The notes beneath the pieces are model-generated. The model had not been told where the DNA came from. It did no database searches and saw nothing but the letters and a program-made list of their open reading frames with translations. From Polyangiaceae bacterium (GTDB lineage: Bacteria > Myxococcota_A > Polyangia > Polyangiales > Polyangiaceae), in the NCBI GenBank assembly GCA_965222375.1, contig CBDCTZ010000012.1:480001-544000 (forward strand): DNA of 64,000 nucleotides. Reading direction: 5' to 3'. A program made the position numbers and the translations under genes. Shown in pieces: positions 38,832-48,510 of this stretch (positions are counted from its first letter, which is position 1; each line of letters begins with the position of its first letter).

Positions 38832-39238
38832 CAGTCCGAAGACTCCTCGACGTGCTTTCCGTAGGCCGCTGCGTCCAACAGCTCGCCTTGCTCCGCTTCC
38901 AAGTTCGTGGGAGTGATGGCGACCATCCAGCCCTGGTCCCAACAATCGTCGTTGATGAGTTCCGGCGCGTCTTCGAGCGCGTCGTTGATGCGGGCGATGG
39001 TTCCCGTTACCGGAGCGTAGAGGTCGCTCAGGGTCTTGACGCTTTCGATCGTGCCGAAGGCTTTGTGCGCCTCGACGGTGTCTCCGACGTTCGCGTCGAT
39101 GCTCACCAGTGTGATGTCACCCAGCTGCTCCACGGCAAACGCAGTGACACCGATCACCATTTCACTGCCGTCCTGCTTCGCCCACTCGTGGTCTTTGGTG
39201 TACTTGCGGTCGGCTTTGACTTCTTGGGGTGCGCTCAT
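38831..39238 (-). CDS. gcvH: Glycine cleavage system H protein
   Basis: YTKDHEW, IESVK (lipoyl-Lys), PELIN. Confidence 0.96.
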   Translation of the reverse strand: MSAPQEVKADRKYTKDHEWAKQDGSEMVIGVTAFAVEQLGDITLVSIDANVGDTVEAHKAFGTIESVKTLSDLYAPVTGTIARINDALEDAPELINDDCWDQGWMVAITPTNLEAEQGELLDAAAYGKHVEESSD

Positions 39239-39300
39239 GGTGTGTCTCGCAATGGTCTATATAGTTGTAATGGGGGCGTTGGCTACCTCGGTTTCCGGGT

Positions 39301-40401
39301 CTACCTGGCACGCTTGTAGAAAGGAGTCTTGACGACGACAGCCTCGACCTGCTTGCCCCGACAGTCGACGAGAAACGTGGTACCAACTTCGGTTAGCGCC
39401 AAGGGCAGATAGCCCAGACCAATGCTCTTTCCGAGCGTGGGGGAGGGGCTGCCAGACGTGCAAACTCCGACGCTGGTGCCGTTGGTGTCGAGCAGGGGAT
39501 AGCCGTGGCGGGCAATGCCGCGCCCCACCATCTCGAAGCCTACTATCTTGCGGCTCAGGCCTTGTGCTTTGACTTGCGCCAGCGCCTGTTTGCCCACGAA
39601 GTCTGCACCGTCGAATTTGACCGTCCAGCCCAGACCCGCTTCGAGCGGGTTCGTCGTCTCATCGATGTCGTTGCCGTATAGCGATAGCCGAGCCTCCAGG
39701 CGCAGCGTGTCCCGGGCGCCCAAGCCTGCCGCCATGAGGCCGTCGTCCTTTCCAGCTGCCATGAGCTGCCGCCACAACTCGGCGGCTCTGTCTGCCGGAG
39801 CGAAGATTTCCGCGCCGTCTTCGCCGGTGTAGCCGGTGCGGGCCACCATCACGTCGTTGCCGCTCAGGTGCAGGGTCGTGAATCGAAAGGGCTTGAGTTC
39901 GGCGACTTGGCCAGCTCCAAGCTTGGAGAGGATGCCCAGCGCTTTGGGACCTTGGAGGGCCAGCAGGGCGATAGCGTCGCTCAGATCCGAAAACCCACAG
40001 TGGTTTTCCGCGGCCGCCCGGAAATGCGCTGCGATCTTGCTCCGGTTCGAGGCGTTGCAAACGACCAAGATGTCTTCGGCGCCGCGTTTGTAGACGATCA
40101 AGTCGTCCAGGATGGTCCCACGCTCGTTGCAGCAGCACGTGTACATCGCGCGGCCAACCTCGATCCGATCGAGATCGTTGGTCACCAAGTAGTTCACCAC
40201 GGATCCAGCGTGCTCGCCCTTGAGTTCGAGTTCGCCCATATGGGAGACGTCGAACAGCCCGGCTCGAGTACGCACGGCCTCGTGCTCGGCGCTGATACCG
40301 CTGTATTGAATCGGCAATTCGTAGCCCGCAAAGGGCACCAGACGAGCCCCGAGAGCCTTGTGTTCGTCATAAAGCGGAGTGCGCCGCGGAGCCTCGGTCA
40401 T
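39301..40401 (-). CDS. gcvT: Glycine cleavage aminomethyltransferase T
   Basis: [36 protein letters not shown]; start ATG 40401. Confidence 0.96.
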   Translation of the reverse strand: MTEAPRRTPLYDEHKALGARLVPFAGYELPIQYSGISAEHEAVRTRAGLFDVSHMGELELKGEHAGSVVNYLVTNDLDRIEVGRAMYTCCCNERGTILDDLIVYKRGAEDILVVCNASNRSKIAAHFRAAAENHCGFSDLSDAIALLALQGPKALGILSKLGAGQVAELKPFRFTTLHLSGNDVMVARTGYTGEDGAEIFAPADRAAELWRQLMAAGKDDGLMAAGLGARDTLRLEARLSLYGNDIDETTNPLEAGLGWTVKFDGADFVGKQALAQVKAQGLSRKIVGFEMVGRGIARHGYPLLDTNGTSVGVCTSGSPSPTLGKSIGLGYLPLALTEVGTTFLVDCRGKQVEAVVVKTPFYKRAR

Positions 40402-40459
40402 TGCGGCCGAGGTCGTAGATCGGCCCGGAGCCTGACACAATCGTTGACTGCGATTGGAG

Positions 40460-41662
40460 CTACTTCCCGGCCCAGGAGAAGGCTGCGGTCTTGCACTCTC
40501 CGGTGAAGGTCTGGATGTTGCCGTCGTCTGGGCCAGGCTTGGCGTCGTCCACGCGTGACTCGAACGCGATCTTGCTTTCGAAGAAGCCCAAGAGTTCGCA
40601 CATCTCCTGGTCGCCGATGCCGTAGCTGACCGTTTCACTACGAGGGTTCTTGTACTCGCAGCCGAAGCGCAGGCCTGTTGCAGCAGAAAGATCTACCGGG
40701 GGGTCGAACCGCTTGCCGCGCGCCTCACCGTTGAATCCTCGCACGTCCAGCAACGACTCTCCGTCGCCAGGTCCACCAAAAACCTCCATGAACATGCGAC
40801 TGCCTAGGGCATGGGTGTGGGGTAAGGCGTAGTACAGCTTGGCGTCGAAGCTGCCTCCGAAGTCTTTCAACAAGTCGCACTCGGCGGAAAAGCGCGAGGT
40901 CGCGTTCGGTGGGATCTTGATGCCATGGTAGTCGAGATGGAAGGGGGTGAGTTGCACCGTGACGTCCTTTACTTCCAGGCCGTACAGTGTCAGCTGGGTG
41001 TGTCCGGTGATGCTTGATGGCGCGGTGTTCAGCAGGTGTGTATCGCTGACGATCTTGGACCGTGCCGGGATGCGGATCGCGACGCCGTCCGGGAACTTCT
41101 GCACTTCTCTCTTGGCCTGGGTCGACTGCGCGTACAGGGCGCCGCCCGCGAGCGCCGCCGCGAGCTGGCTCCAGCTGCGGTCGTTGCATTCCCACAGGCC
41201 GTCCGGGCCCGGGTACATGTCTTCCGGCACGAACATCCAGTTGGAGTGGTGTGAAGCCTCGTCTTGTTCCAACTCTACAGCGTTGATGAACAAATCCGAT
41301 TCGTTGTTGAGGGTCCAGCTACGGCAGCGGTATCCTTCCTCGCCCGCGCCGATGGTCTGGTCGGGAAAGTCGTGAGCCAAGGGCGCGCCTACCAGTGCTG
41401 AGCAAGCACCGGTCTCATCAGCGTACTGTCCGGAAGGGCACGATTCACATTTGGCGCTGCCACCACCTTCGACGCAGCGTTGTTGGCTGGCTTGGCACTC
41501 GGGCAGCAACTGAGCGCACGTGACCCCGTTGCTGCCGCCTGCGCCAGCTGTGCCGCCTGCGCCAGAGGCGCCTGCGGATCCCGGAGAGGCGGAGTTGTCG
41601 TCGGAGCCACAGCCCGCGAGCAACAGGAACAGGGCGGCGGCGGCCAGCTGGGTGCGCGTCAC
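40460..41662 (-). CDS. Lipoprotein with copper type II ascorbate-dependent monooxygenase (PHM/DBH-like) domains
   Basis: Lipobox LAGC, Gly linker, Cys-rich segment; SHH, DTH, PHTHALG and QEMC match the CuH/CuM ligand order. Confidence 0.78.
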   Translation of the reverse strand: MTRTQLAAAALFLLLAGCGSDDNSASPGSAGASGAGGTAGAGGSNGVTCAQLLPECQASQQRCVEGGGSAKCESCPSGQYADETGACSALVGAPLAHDFPDQTIGAGEEGYRCRSWTLNNESDLFINAVELEQDEASHHSNWMFVPEDMYPGPDGLWECNDRSWSQLAAALAGGALYAQSTQAKREVQKFPDGVAIRIPARSKIVSDTHLLNTAPSSITGHTQLTLYGLEVKDVTVQLTPFHLDYHGIKIPPNATSRFSAECDLLKDFGGSFDAKLYYALPHTHALGSRMFMEVFGGPGDGESLLDVRGFNGEARGKRFDPPVDLSAATGLRFGCEYKNPRSETVSYGIGDQEMCELLGFFESKIAFESRVDDAKPGPDDGNIQTFTGECKTAAFSWAGK

Positions 41663-41726
41663 CGGTTCAGCATGACGAAAATCAACCGGCGCCGCAAACC
41701 GACGGCGGGTCTGGGCAGCAGAAGGG

Positions 41727-41750
41727 CGGCGCTCCTTTCGAGAAGCGCCG
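41727..41750 (-). terminator. Stem-loop (weak terminator or stabiliser) between the His-rich gene and the monooxygenase gene
   Basis: CGGCGCTTCT-CGAA-AGGAGCGCCG, a 10-bp stem with a poor U-tail. Confidence 0.4.
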
Positions 41751-41769
41751 TGGATGGATGGAGCTGCCG

Positions 41770-42237
41770 TTAGGTGCAGGTGACCGTCACGTCGTGGGTG
41801 TGTCCGGTGCCCATGGTGGACGTCACCGTGACGGTCTTGGCGCTCTTCAGGGTGGCCAAATCCGCCGCAGTCAGCGTGATCATGTGGCCATGCCCGGAAC
41901 TGCCATCGATGGCGTAGCTCTTGTCAGAAGTGGAGTCGAGGTCCGCGGCTGGGATCGTCACGGCATGGCCGTGGTTGGCCGTGATGGCCGTCCCTTCGGC
42001 GCCGCAGCTCGTCCCGGTGCTGCCACCGGCTCCTCCGCTAGCGCCGCCGGCTCCACCACTAGCGCCGCCTGCGCCGCCCGTGCCGGATCCACCGGTGCCG
42101 GATCCGCCGGTGCCACTGCCGCCACTACCGCTGCTGTCATCGTCGCTACCGCAGCCGGAACCGAGAGATAGGATGCCGAGGGATGCGCCGAACACTGCAA
42201 CGCCGCTCTTCAAGAAGTTTTTACGTGTGATCTTCAT
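41770..42237 (-). CDS. Small Tat-like lipoprotein with three HxH motifs (putative metal-binding)
   Basis: TRKNFLK Tat-like signal, GSGC lipobox, GGSGT-repeat linker, NHGH / GHGH / GHTH. Confidence 0.75.
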   Translation of the reverse strand: MKITRKNFLKSGVAVFGASLGILSLGSGCGSDDDSSGSGGSGTGGSGTGGSGTGGAGGASGGAGGASGGAGGSTGTSCGAEGTAITANHGHAVTIPAADLDSTSDKSYAIDGSSGHGHMITLTAADLATLKSAKTVTVTSTMGTGHTHDVTVTCT

Positions 42238-42335
42238 GGCCTATGTGGTCTCCTTGGAAACGAAACCTCGCGAGTATCGCATGGCCAAACCAGAGGGCGA
42301 AACTACCCGCGGGTCGCGTTGCTACGCTGGCGCGC

Positions 42336-42854
42336 TTACTGAAGTTTCTTCGGATTCAGCATCTCGCCGTTCGGCTTCATGCCGGCGCGCTTCCAGCGCT
42401 CCTCTTCCGACAGACCCTGCGGCGTGGGGGGAGGCGTGATGTCTTTGATCACCAAACGAGTCACCGGGCCATCAGCCACGACCTCAATCCGGTACACCCG
42501 GTCCTTCTTGCCGCCCTTGATGGCGACTTTGGGAAACACGGTACGCGCCGCTCCAACTTCGACGTGTTGCACCAGGACTCGCTCCCGTACGTAGTTCGCG
42601 ACGGCTTCCGGCCGCAACTGGCCGGAGAAGTGCGCTGCGTCAGGGTAGCGCCTGTCCAGGCGCATTTGTCTTGGCGCGGTGAAGCCGAAGGCCGAGTGCT
42701 TGCCCTGGCCGAGCTCTCCTGGTGCCAAGCGGTCGAGGGGTTTGCTCACCGCTGATCCGATTGGCGCGCCGGGGCCAACCACTTCTTGTTCCTCCTGGCA
42801 GCCCGAGGCTGCCAGGACACTCAGGCCCAGAGGCAGGAGCCAGGGTCGCATCAT
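42336..42854 (-). CDS. Hypothetical lipoprotein, last gene of the pilY1 operon
   Basis: Lipobox AASGC; 16 nt downstream of pilY1. Confidence 0.7.
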   Translation of the reverse strand: MMRPWLLPLGLSVLAASGCQEEQEVVGPGAPIGSAVSKPLDRLAPGELGQGKHSAFGFTAPRQMRLDRRYPDAAHFSGQLRPEAVANYVRERVLVQHVEVGAARTVFPKVAIKGGKKDRVYRIEVVADGPVTRLVIKDITPPPTPQGLSEEERWKRAGMKPNGEMLNPKKLQ

Positions 42855-42870
42855 GGCCGCGAGTGTCGCC

Positions 42871-45800
42871 TTATTCGATGATTGCGGCCCAGGAATCGAT
42901 GTTCGTGGTGCTCGGTGGGGTTGGCAGGTTGATTTCTAGTCGGCGAGATCTACCGCCTGTCACAGGCGTGCCGGTGTTGCCAGTATGCATGACCAACTGG
43001 AACTTGCCGGGCGCGATGTTGGAGATGGAGGTGTGAGTGCCCGAACCAAAGTACGGGTCAATGCCCGAGGATTCTTCGATACACGAAGGTAGCTGGGTCA
43101 CGCCGACACCGAAAATGACCGAACCGTCTTGCAGGATCGCGTTGGTGTTGTCGATGAACTGAACCACGCTGCCGCCGTCGGGTAACCGCTCCAGGCCGCC
43201 ATTGGCCAGATCGGCAAGGGTTGTGCCGGTCTGCTTGGGCTTGATGTAGTCCACGCCCCAGACGCGGCTCGAGCCCGCTTTGCAGACCTGAGTGCTGTTG
43301 GGCGACTCGGGCTTGAAGGTCGAGAAGAACAGTGCGCCGTTGAACAGAGACATCGGGCCCGCGACGCGCTCGCCATCGTCGAGCTTCGTGTACCAGTTGG
43401 CGTTCGAAGTGAATGTAGGCCCGATGGGGTCGACCTTTTCCGTCAAAGACACGGCATAAGTCGCCATGCCCACGGGTGCGGTGAGCACATCCTGGTCGCC
43501 GGTTGAAAAGGCGATCGTGACGTTGCCAGTCTCGTCGACGGACAGGATGGGCGGCGTCTCGATGGCCTGACCATGGCGCCAGTCGTGGCCCAGGCTGCTG
43601 GAGTAGGCGTCGAAGAAGAGCTTCATGGTCCAGTTCGATGGGTTGGTGGCGGATACGTCCACGCGCCACATCGTGCCATCACGGTCCCCAACGAAGATAC
43701 GATCCGCGATTGCGCCCGTGGTTCCAGGAAACGGAACTGGGGTACCGGTGATCGGGGAATCGATGGAAGCGTGAATCACTCTAGACGTGGCATTCAGCCC
43801 AGGCGGTGCGTCCGCCAGCTCTCCCCGGAAGGAACGGATGATTTCGCCGGTATCCAGACGCACGATGGTCAGAGAGCGTGCGGGGACCGCCGCGCCGTAG
43901 CAGGGCACGTCACCCCGGGGCGAGAAGCGGGGATCGACGCCTGTTGGGGTGACGTTGCGTCGAGCGCACGGCCCGCCAGTGGGTACAGCATCGCCTCCGG
44001 GCAGCACGGCCACTGCGACTTCCTTCACGTTGCCGCCGGATTCGAAGAAGAGCGTGGTGATCAACGGCGTGGCGCTGTTGTTGCCAAAGATAGGTGCACC
44101 GGTCTCATCCTCCGTGAGTTGCCACAGGAACTCGGGTCCGGCGACCGGGTCGGTGACGTCGAGGGCGAAGTATCCGCCGCGGCTGCCCCCAAAACCCTGG
44201 ATCAACACGGTTCGCCACTGGCCTTGGCCAGAGGAGGCTTGGCCTGGTGAACGCTCGAATCGCAGTCCGAGGGGGCCGTTGAGGGCGACCACGTCTTTGA
44301 CCACGGGTACGCCGTCCAACAAGACCTGATGGGTGCCTGGGTACTGGGATGGTAGCCCCGGCAGAACCGCTGGAGGGATGAAGGCCCACAGCTCGTTGTT
44401 CTGCTTGGAGTCGACCTTGAAGGTGTCCGCCGGATCGACGGCCGCCACCTTGAAGGCGTGCAGGAAGCCATCGTTGGTCGACGTGTACATGACGATGGGG
44501 CGCAGGGCGTTGGTGGACGCAAAGAGCTGATAGGTTTCATCCCTCAGAAGCGCTGAAGGTGGGCCGACCAAGCGTGGGGTGGAGTGGAAGATGTCACCCA
44601 CCAAGCTGCAGTTGGTGGAGCCAGGCACAGCGCAGCGCTGATACGCCGTACCGTTGTCCAAGCCTACCACCCAGCGGAGATAGCGGTCCCGGCATTGGCC
44701 CGCGGTCAGACCAACGCAGCTCGTGCCATCCAAGCCCATGGCTTCGGGAGTGACTGAGGCCGAAATACCGGTAGCGTCACCATTGATCTGGGTGCCTGAA
44801 TAGCCGCTCACCCCGTCCGGATTGCCGGAAAGTGAGGGCCGAATGCTGCGAGCCGAGTGGATTTGTCCGCCCACCAAATTGCCTTGGACGGTGTAGAACT
44901 TGCGGGGAGGACCCGAGCCCGAGTTGACATTGGCGATGAAGTCATCCCCCTTGGTCGCGTCGATGTCTTGGGGTTCTGGAGTCAAGTCCCCGGTAGTCGC
45001 GTCCTTCATGCACACGTAGCGCTGCCGCTCGAGCACACCGTTCCAGAGCGTGAACTGCTTGGTCTCGAAGGAGCTGAAGAAACGGTAGCCGGCGGCGAAG
45101 GGGTCGCTAACGGTGGGTGAGGAAGCGAATACGGGGATTGTGCGACTGGTCGTGTTCTTCACGATGCTCGACAGAACCGCCGAGAGAGCGGCGCGGAGTT
45201 CATCCTTGTCGTCGGCGAAGTAGGCTCGAGTCGTCCCGCCATTGAAGGCCACGCGGTTGAGAGTGCAGCACGCCTGCAAGGCCCGTTCGTTCGGATTGGT
45301 CGCGCACAAGCCTGTCGGGCTGTTGAGGTCCGGGTCCGTCAGGTTTTCGCAATCTACCGGGGTCGCGTTCGACAGAGTGACGTTCGAGACGGCAAAACCG
45401 ATCACGAAGACCTTGGTTCGCTTGTTTGGGTCCGCTGCATTGGCCAGGTCGAAAGAGATGTCTTCGGGCTTGTCGTATGGGCAGACGCCCGCGGGTGGAC
45501 CTCCGCCTTCGCAGAAGGGACGAAGATCCAGATTGGGTTCACCGTCGGAGAGCAGCACGATGAAGTTGTTTCGGCAGCCACCGGTGATGTAGGGGTCCCG
45601 ATAGGGGCCAAAGTCGTCGGCCGGGATCAATGGGTCCGTTGAAGTGTCGTTCCACAGGAAGTCCCGCACGTCGTCCAACATGCCCGCGATCGGCGTTGCG
45701 CCGTAGGGGCGGCTAGCCAAGAGGATCTCTTGGATCTGCGCGTTCTTGGTAGCCAAGGTCGCGGCGCTGGCGCTGGACGCGCCAAAGCCGACCATCCGTC

Positions 45801-46521
45801 CCTCCCAGGGCGGAGCCGCGGCATTGCGTGCGCCCACTTCGAGGCTGGACAAAGTCGAGCAGGCAGCTGGCTTACCTTGCTTCGGCTGCGCGTTGAGGAA
45901 GTAGCTCCAAGTCCCGTTGACACCGGTTGTGTAGTTTGGGGCCGTGCCGGAAACACCGGTGCCGCCGCCTGTATGCGGGTCGAAGGTCATGAGCCCGAAG
46001 CGCACTGACGAGCCGAAGGAGTCGAGCAGGCCGTCGGACGCTTGGGTGAAGGTGTTGCACGCGATGTTGGGGTCCGTGTAGGCGTGGTACTTCACAGCGC
46101 CAGCCGGATAGTCGTATGCATTGCTAGACAACACGCCTGGCCCTGGAGTGCAGGTTCCGGAAAGAGGCCGATGATACGGATTCAGGTAGTCGGCATCTGG
46201 GGGCAATTGGCCGCTCAGGCTGTACTCGTTCTTGAACGCGGCCGAGCCACGGCTCACGGCGTCGCAGCGATAGTCCTGAATGCTGCCGGTCATGACTTCG
46301 AGCAGTTCGATCCAACGGCTTCGCTCGCTGCCCGGACCGGTGGGCACGCAGGCTGGAAAGGCGGCGCTGGAGGACTTGTACTCCATGGAACCGGAGCTAT
46401 CGACCAGCATCATCACGTTGGGTAGTGGCGGGTTGACGTCGACCTGCGCCGCGGCTGTCCCGGCGGCCCCAACCGAGCCGACGAGCGCCGCGAGCGAAAC
46501 TAGTGTCCTTGCCTTTCTCAT
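42871..46521 (-). CDS. pilY1: PilY1-like pilus tip adhesin (vWA + beta-propeller)
   Basis: NVMMLVDSSGSM (MIDAS), GATPIAG, LLSDGEPN; C-terminal GDIFHSTP, NDGFLHAF, ELWAFIP, YFALDVT, GDRDG.MWRVD. Confidence 0.88.
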   Translation of the reverse strand: MRKARTLVSLAALVGSVGAAGTAAAQVDVNPPLPNVMMLVDSSGSMEYKSSSAAFPACVPTGPGSERSRWIELLEVMTGSIQDYRCDAVSRGSAAFKNEYSLSGQLPPDADYLNPYHRPLSGTCTPGPGVLSSNAYDYPAGAVKYHAYTDPNIACNTFTQASDGLLDSFGSSVRFGLMTFDPHTGGGTGVSGTAPNYTTGVNGTWSYFLNAQPKQGKPAACSTLSSLEVGARNAAAPPWEGRMVGFGASSASAATLATKNAQIQEILLASRPYGATPIAGMLDDVRDFLWNDTSTDPLIPADDFGPYRDPYITGGCRNNFIVLLSDGEPNLDLRPFCEGGGPPAGVCPYDKPEDISFDLANAADPNKRTKVFVIGFAVSNVTLSNATPVDCENLTDPDLNSPTGLCATNPNERALQACCTLNRVAFNGGTTRAYFADDKDELRAALSAVLSSIVKNTTSRTIPVFASSPTVSDPFAAGYRFFSSFETKQFTLWNGVLERQRYVCMKDATTGDLTPEPQDIDATKGDDFIANVNSGSGPPRKFYTVQGNLVGGQIHSARSIRPSLSGNPDGVSGYSGTQINGDATGISASVTPEAMGLDGTSCVGLTAGQCRDRYLRWVVGLDNGTAYQRCAVPGSTNCSLVGDIFHSTPRLVGPPSALLRDETYQLFASTNALRPIVMYTSTNDGFLHAFKVAAVDPADTFKVDSKQNNELWAFIPPAVLPGLPSQYPGTHQVLLDGVPVVKDVVALNGPLGLRFERSPGQASSGQGQWRTVLIQGFGGSRGGYFALDVTDPVAGPEFLWQLTEDETGAPIFGNNSATPLITTLFFESGGNVKEVAVAVLPGGDAVPTGGPCARRNVTPTGVDPRFSPRGDVPCYGAAVPARSLTIVRLDTGEIIRSFRGELADAPPGLNATSRVIHASIDSPITGTPVPFPGTTGAIADRIFVGDRDGTMWRVDVSATNPSNWTMKLFFDAYSSSLGHDWRHGQAIETPPILSVDETGNVTIAFSTGDQDVLTAPVGMATYAVSLTEKVDPIGPTFTSNANWYTKLDDGERVAGPMSLFNGALFFSTFKPESPNSTQVCKAGSSRVWGVDYIKPKQTGTTLADLANGGLERLPDGGSVVQFIDNTNAILQDGSVIFGVGVTQLPSCIEESSGIDPYFGSGTHTSISNIAPGKFQLVMHTGNTGTPVTGGRSRRLEINLPTPPSTTNIDSWAAIIE

Positions 46522-46531
46522 CGCTCTCTCC

Positions 46532-47230
46532 TCACCGGTGCACATTCTTCAGGGTGACGTGGGCACGCAGTCCAGCCACGCTGGCGGCGGTGCTCGACGC
46601 ATTCACGGCGCACCACGGGCTCGTACCGAGCGCTCCCAGATCGATGGGCCTCACTTGCCCCAGCGCTGTCAGTGTCAGCTGCACGTCACGAAAAGCGTTG
46701 GTTTGCTGCCCGCCCACTTCGGAGCCGGGGTTGGGTACGGTTTCAAAGGGTTCCGTCATTTCCACGACGAAGACGCCCTCAGTTGCCGAAGCCAGGCCCG
46801 CGAACCCTAGCTTCGGGCCCAAACTGCCGCTTGTTACAACCGTTTGGTTTTCGAGCAGCGTCGTTCCCGACCTTGCGTCCACGCGATCCGCAATCTCGGA
46901 GATGTAGAGCTTGTAGCAAGGGATGGGCGTGCCGGGAGCCAATGGCAGAACGTTCTGGTTCGTTTCGCAGGTATCCATACCCTGCTGGACCTTGTCCAAG
47001 TAGGTCTTGCCCGCGCCGTCACCGAGTTCGGCGCTGACGGCCCGACCCGCAAACTCCGTCAGGTATTGGGTTTGCACCAGTTGACGATCGTAGCCCGCCG
47101 CCTGATCCACCAGGCTGGCGGATCGAGCGGAGAAGATCCCGATCGCAGTGAGCAGCGTGATGACAAGCAGCACGATGAACACGGAGGCACCGCGCTCGGA
47201 TCGTCGATGGCGGCGCGGGATGCTCACCAT
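46532..47230 (-). CDS. pilX: PilX-like minor pilin
   Basis: ERG/ASVFIVLLVITLL: prepilin-like cleavage site without Glu5, as in PilX; position in the operon. Confidence 0.72.
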   Translation of the reverse strand: MVSIPRRHRRSERGASVFIVLLVITLLTAIGIFSARSASLVDQAAGYDRQLVQTQYLTEFAGRAVSAELGDGAGKTYLDKVQQGMDTCETNQNVLPLAPGTPIPCYKLYISEIADRVDARSGTTLLENQTVVTSGSLGPKLGFAGLASATEGVFVVEMTEPFETVPNPGSEVGGQQTNAFRDVQLTLTALGQVRPIDLGALGTSPWCAVNASSTAASVAGLRAHVTLKNVHR

Positions 47231-48510
47231 AGGATCCCCATTTGGTTGTGCAGAGTGATGTCGGCCTGCATGGTGCGCACCCGCGCAAAGGGCTTGCTGG
47301 CCCCGCTGCCTAGCCCGATGCGGTACAGACCTGGAGCGATGTCCGTCCCCGGGGCGCCCACGATGGGGGCCTCGCGATCCGGCTGTCGGGAGCGAACGCT
47401 CAGCCGCGCGCGCATTGCGCGGAGCCGGTGCGGGCCTTGATTCGGGTTGGCACCGACAGTGATGTCACCCGCCCAGTTCGCGATCTGAGCATCCCCAGGT
47501 GCGAAGCTGGATAGAGTGGGGTCCGTGTTGTTCAGCAACCCCGTGATCGCCGTCACGCCTACCTGGAAGTCCACGGCGTATTCCGCGACGAGCTCCTCGG
47601 TGCCCGCGATGGCGGAGCCGCTCGTATCGAGTTCCACCCGCACCAGATCCGTCCGGTCCGTATCCCAGTCGGCGCTGACCGTGTCCCCGTAGAGTGGCGC
47701 ATACGCTGGGTTGCCAGCTCCAAAGTTCGAGGATGTCGACAGGTTACGAAGATCGTACTGAACGAAGTTGATCACGTTCGCCACGGCGCCGGTGACATTG
47801 CCTTTGAAGCCGCAGGTATTGCCGGCGACCTGCCGAAAGCGCAGACCCGGGTTCTGAGACAAGATGACTTGTGGGATCGGGCCTGCCACCGTGGACTGGA
47901 TCGTGCCGAACTGGAGTTCCCCGGACTTGTCCTGGATGCGCAATCCGCGGCCCGCCAGGAACACCTGATTGAGCAGCGCGGCCTGGTCCGCGCTCGCGGC
48001 GTAGCCCATGCGAGCCAGTGGGCCGATATTGGCCTGTAGGAAGATGATGAAGGTGGCGCCGGTGTCCTGGATGTTCCAAATCGGAAATTGGTCCACCGAC
48101 GAATAGCTGCCCGACAGCACGACGCTGTCCGGTGCCAAACCGTTGTCGCTGAGCGTCGGGTTGGACAGCGAACCGCCCAAGTCGATGCGCACGCTGGCCA
48201 GCCGCTTGAGTTCTTGAGGCCAGGTCGGATCCGCGATCGGATCGCCGCACAGCCTGGGGTCCCGACGCACATTTGGAGTCGACAGGAAGCCTGCGCGCGC
48301 CAGGTCGACCCGAAGGCGTTCGAAGCCGACCAGGCCCGCCAAGGTAGCGTCAGCAACTCGCGTCTCGCGCTTGTAGAATCGGCTGGCATCCGACGCCAAC
48401 GCAAATACCGCCAGCGCGATGAACATACCGCCGCTGACCGCGACCATCAGCTCCACCAAGGTGAAGCCACGTGCGGGCGAGGAATGGTTGCGGTTGCGTC
48501 GGGATGTCAT
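47224..48510 (-). CDS. pilW: PilW-like minor pilin
   Basis: RG/FTLVELMVAV; DLARAGF. Confidence 0.78.
   Translation of the reverse strand: MTSRRNRNHSSPARGFTLVELMVAVSGGMFIALAVFALASDASRFYKRETRVADATLAGLVGFERLRVDLARAGFLSTPNVRRDPRLCGDPIADPTWPQELKRLASVRIDLGGSLSNPTLSDNGLAPDSVVLSGSYSSVDQFPIWNIQDTGATFIIFLQANIGPLARMGYAASADQAALLNQVFLAGRGLRIQDKSGELQFGTIQSTVAGPIPQVILSQNPGLRFRQVAGNTCGFKGNVTGAVANVINFVQYDLRNLSTSSNFGAGNPAYAPLYGDTVSADWDTDRTDLVRVELDTSGSAIAGTEELVAEYAVDFQVGVTAITGLLNNTDPTLSSFAPGDAQIANWAGDITVGANPNQGPHRLRAMRARLSVRSRQPDREAPIVGAPGTDIAPGLYRIGLGSGASKPFARVRTMQADITLHNQMGILW

Noticed and set aside
40402..40459. Glycine riboswitch expected upstream of gcvT
   Set aside because: The gap is only 58 nt and shows no aptamer motifs.
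42010..42135. Short tandem repeats, considered as a CRISPR or VNTR
   Set aside because: They encode the GGSGT/GGAGG linker of the lipoprotein. No repeat-spacer array or cas genes were seen in the window.
43909..43917. RGD tripeptide in PilY1 (integrin-binding in P. aeruginosa PilY1)
   Set aside because: A 3-residue match in a 1200-aa GC-rich protein is expected by chance, and there is no evidence of a host association.
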